A model generated the notes under the pieces. The model had not been told where the DNA came from. It searched no databases and worked only from the letters and a program-made list of their open reading frames with translations. Made by a program: the position numbers and the translations under genes. A stretch of DNA of 64,000 nucleotides from Spirochaetia bacterium (GTDB lineage Bacteria; Spirochaetota; Spirochaetia; SP-2023), in contig CBDDCK010000005.1 of NCBI GenBank assembly GCA_965225855.1, positions 864,001 through 928,000 of the forward strand, written 5' to 3'. Positions within the stretch are counted from its first letter, which is position 1. The number at the start of each line of letters is the position of its first letter. Below, one piece after another: positions 62,720 to 64,000 of this stretch.

Positions 62720-63259
62720 CTATGGTTGTTGCTGGTTTTTTGTGCGGTCTAGCTCTATGCTTAGCTTGAGTTTTGCCTCGGCTAATTGTTGCTTTCCCAC
62801 TATGATTTGGAAGGGTAAGCCGGTTATCTTTTGGTAATTTGTTATAATTGTGCGTACATTTGTATACATTTCATCTATAGAGTTTCTGCTATCATCATCA
62901 AGAGTATCGTCTACGTAGTAAATGAAATACAAGTAGACTCGGTTTGGTTGGCTGTCAATAAAGTTGCTTTTAATATCAAATTTACATTGATAAGAAAACG
63001 CCAATAATAAAGTGTCCAAGGCTTTCTTGACGATTTCATGTTGTTGTTGCCGCCTATATTGCTTTATCTCTTTACGAGACTTTTGGGCAAACTCGCAGAC
63101 TTCCACAAAATAAAAGCACTGTTGTTTGCTATAGAAAAAGTCCATATCCTTTAAGGGCCAACTGCTTCCCAGCTGGTCTTTTACCTGAAAGCAAGTCTGT
63201 TCCCGTAATGCTTGGTCTTGAAACTGCACTATTAATCGGCCTTCGGTAAACTCAATCAT
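62720..63259 (-). CDS. Hypothetical protein coupled to the ATPase, possible PD-(D/E)XK fold
   Basis: Start overlaps the ATPase stop; 'KDMDFF...YFVEVC' and 'KKALDTLL'. Confidence 0.55.
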   Translation of the reverse strand: MIEFTEGRLIVQFQDQALREQTCFQVKDQLGSSWPLKDMDFFYSKQQCFYFVEVCEFAQKSRKEIKQYRRQQQHEIVKKALDTLLLAFSYQCKFDIKSNFIDSQPNRVYLYFIYYVDDTLDDDSRNSIDEMYTNVRTIITNYQKITGLPFQIIVGKQQLAEAKLKLSIELDRTKNQQQP

Positions 63260-64000
63260 GCCACATTACCTCGTCATAACAGTCGTTCATATCTAAAGAT
63301 TCACTTAGTATTTCGTTGGTTGGCACCCCGTCCTTTAGGTTGTTTCTAACGCAACCACGCTTAGTTAGGGAAAAACAAAAGGCGCTTTGCTGCTGTTGTT
63401 TGCTGGCAATTACCAGCTCTTTTAATACAAAGTAGCTGTGGCTAGCGATAAATATTTGCACGCCTTTCGCCGCTAGTGCGGCCAAGATGCGCACAAACTG
63501 GCGCACCAAAGCGGGGTGAAGGTGGGCTTCTACTTCGTCTATCAACAGCACACTATTGCGATTGATGCTGTGATTCTCTAGCAATAAGCGCAGCTGTTGT
63601 ACTTTTTTTATTCCTTGAGCTCCCTGTTTAAAAGGGATTGTCTCACCGCTAGCCAGTTGGTAGATAAATGCATTGTGTGATTCAAGATTGGGATCGGGCT
63701 TTACGGTTTCACCTTCCTGATAATATTGTTCAAAGCATTCCAGCAAGCTCTCTTGCTGATTCAGTTCTCGAAAACCTCTGTGATTATCAAGCAATTTCTG
63801 GCAGGTTGTACTGTAAAAACGAGGATATTCCTCCGAGTCTCCCAGTATTGCGCTGTACCAACTTAGCAATTCTGTTGGTGGCAAAAACACAGAATCAAAG
63901 AAGAATAGGCTGTTATGTGTTTCATCGCTCGTGCTTTGCCAGAGCCATTGTTCGCTATAGCTTTGCAAACTAGCTTGGATATTGGCTTGCTCTATCAGCG
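63252..64000 (-). CDS. ABC/AAA_21 (AbiEii-like) ATPase, 5'-truncated by the window edge
   Basis: GIKK signature-like motif, LLIDEVEAHLHP, QIFIASHSYF; frame open to the window end. Confidence 0.85.
   Translation of the reverse strand, partial: LIEQANIQASLQSYSEQWLWQSTSDETHNSLFFFDSVFLPPTELLSWYSAILGDSEEYPRFYSTTCQKLLDNHRGFRELNQQESLLECFEQYYQEGETVKPDPNLESHNAFIYQLASGETIPFKQGAQGIKKVQQLRLLLENHSINRNSVLLIDEVEAHLHPALVRQFVRILAALAAKGVQIFIASHSYFVLKELVIASKQQQQSAFCFSLTKRGCVRNNLKDGVPTNEILSESLDMNDCYDEVMWHD

Overview
A 64-kb chromosomal segment, most likely from a host-associated spirochete (inferred from the moxR-bat operon, the spirochete-type gene before rluD and spirochete-style lipoprotein signals). Housekeeping blocks include moxR/bat, yccA, an M18 peptidase, yggS, rluD, nadABC, murD, parAB, ftsY, tRNA-Gly and argJ. 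These alternate with accessory DNA: two paralogous modular repeat lipoproteins, an orphan nrdB, a denD-gntP pair, several decayed genes, a TetR-LolA-like/OMP/MMPL operon and a duplicated ABC-type ATPase module. The centrepiece (32.0-43.6 kb) is a type II-C-like CRISPR-Cas9 locus laid out as tracrRNA, cas9, cas2, array, with NO cas1. Its array has 58 repeats and 57 spacers, and each intact repeat carries a complete TTGATC-N17-TATAAT promoter-like motif. A 2.67-kb IS1595-family element carrying a frameshifted methyltransferase-nuclease cargo gene has inserted into the middle of repeat 2, and its right end plus the repeat remnant regenerates a 29/36 copy of the repeat. The denD-gntP-CRISPR-cas9 block is bracketed by a ~210-235-bp direct repeat containing a palindrome whose loop is inverted between the two copies. 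All calls come from reading the sequence and ORF track by eye; no database searches were run.
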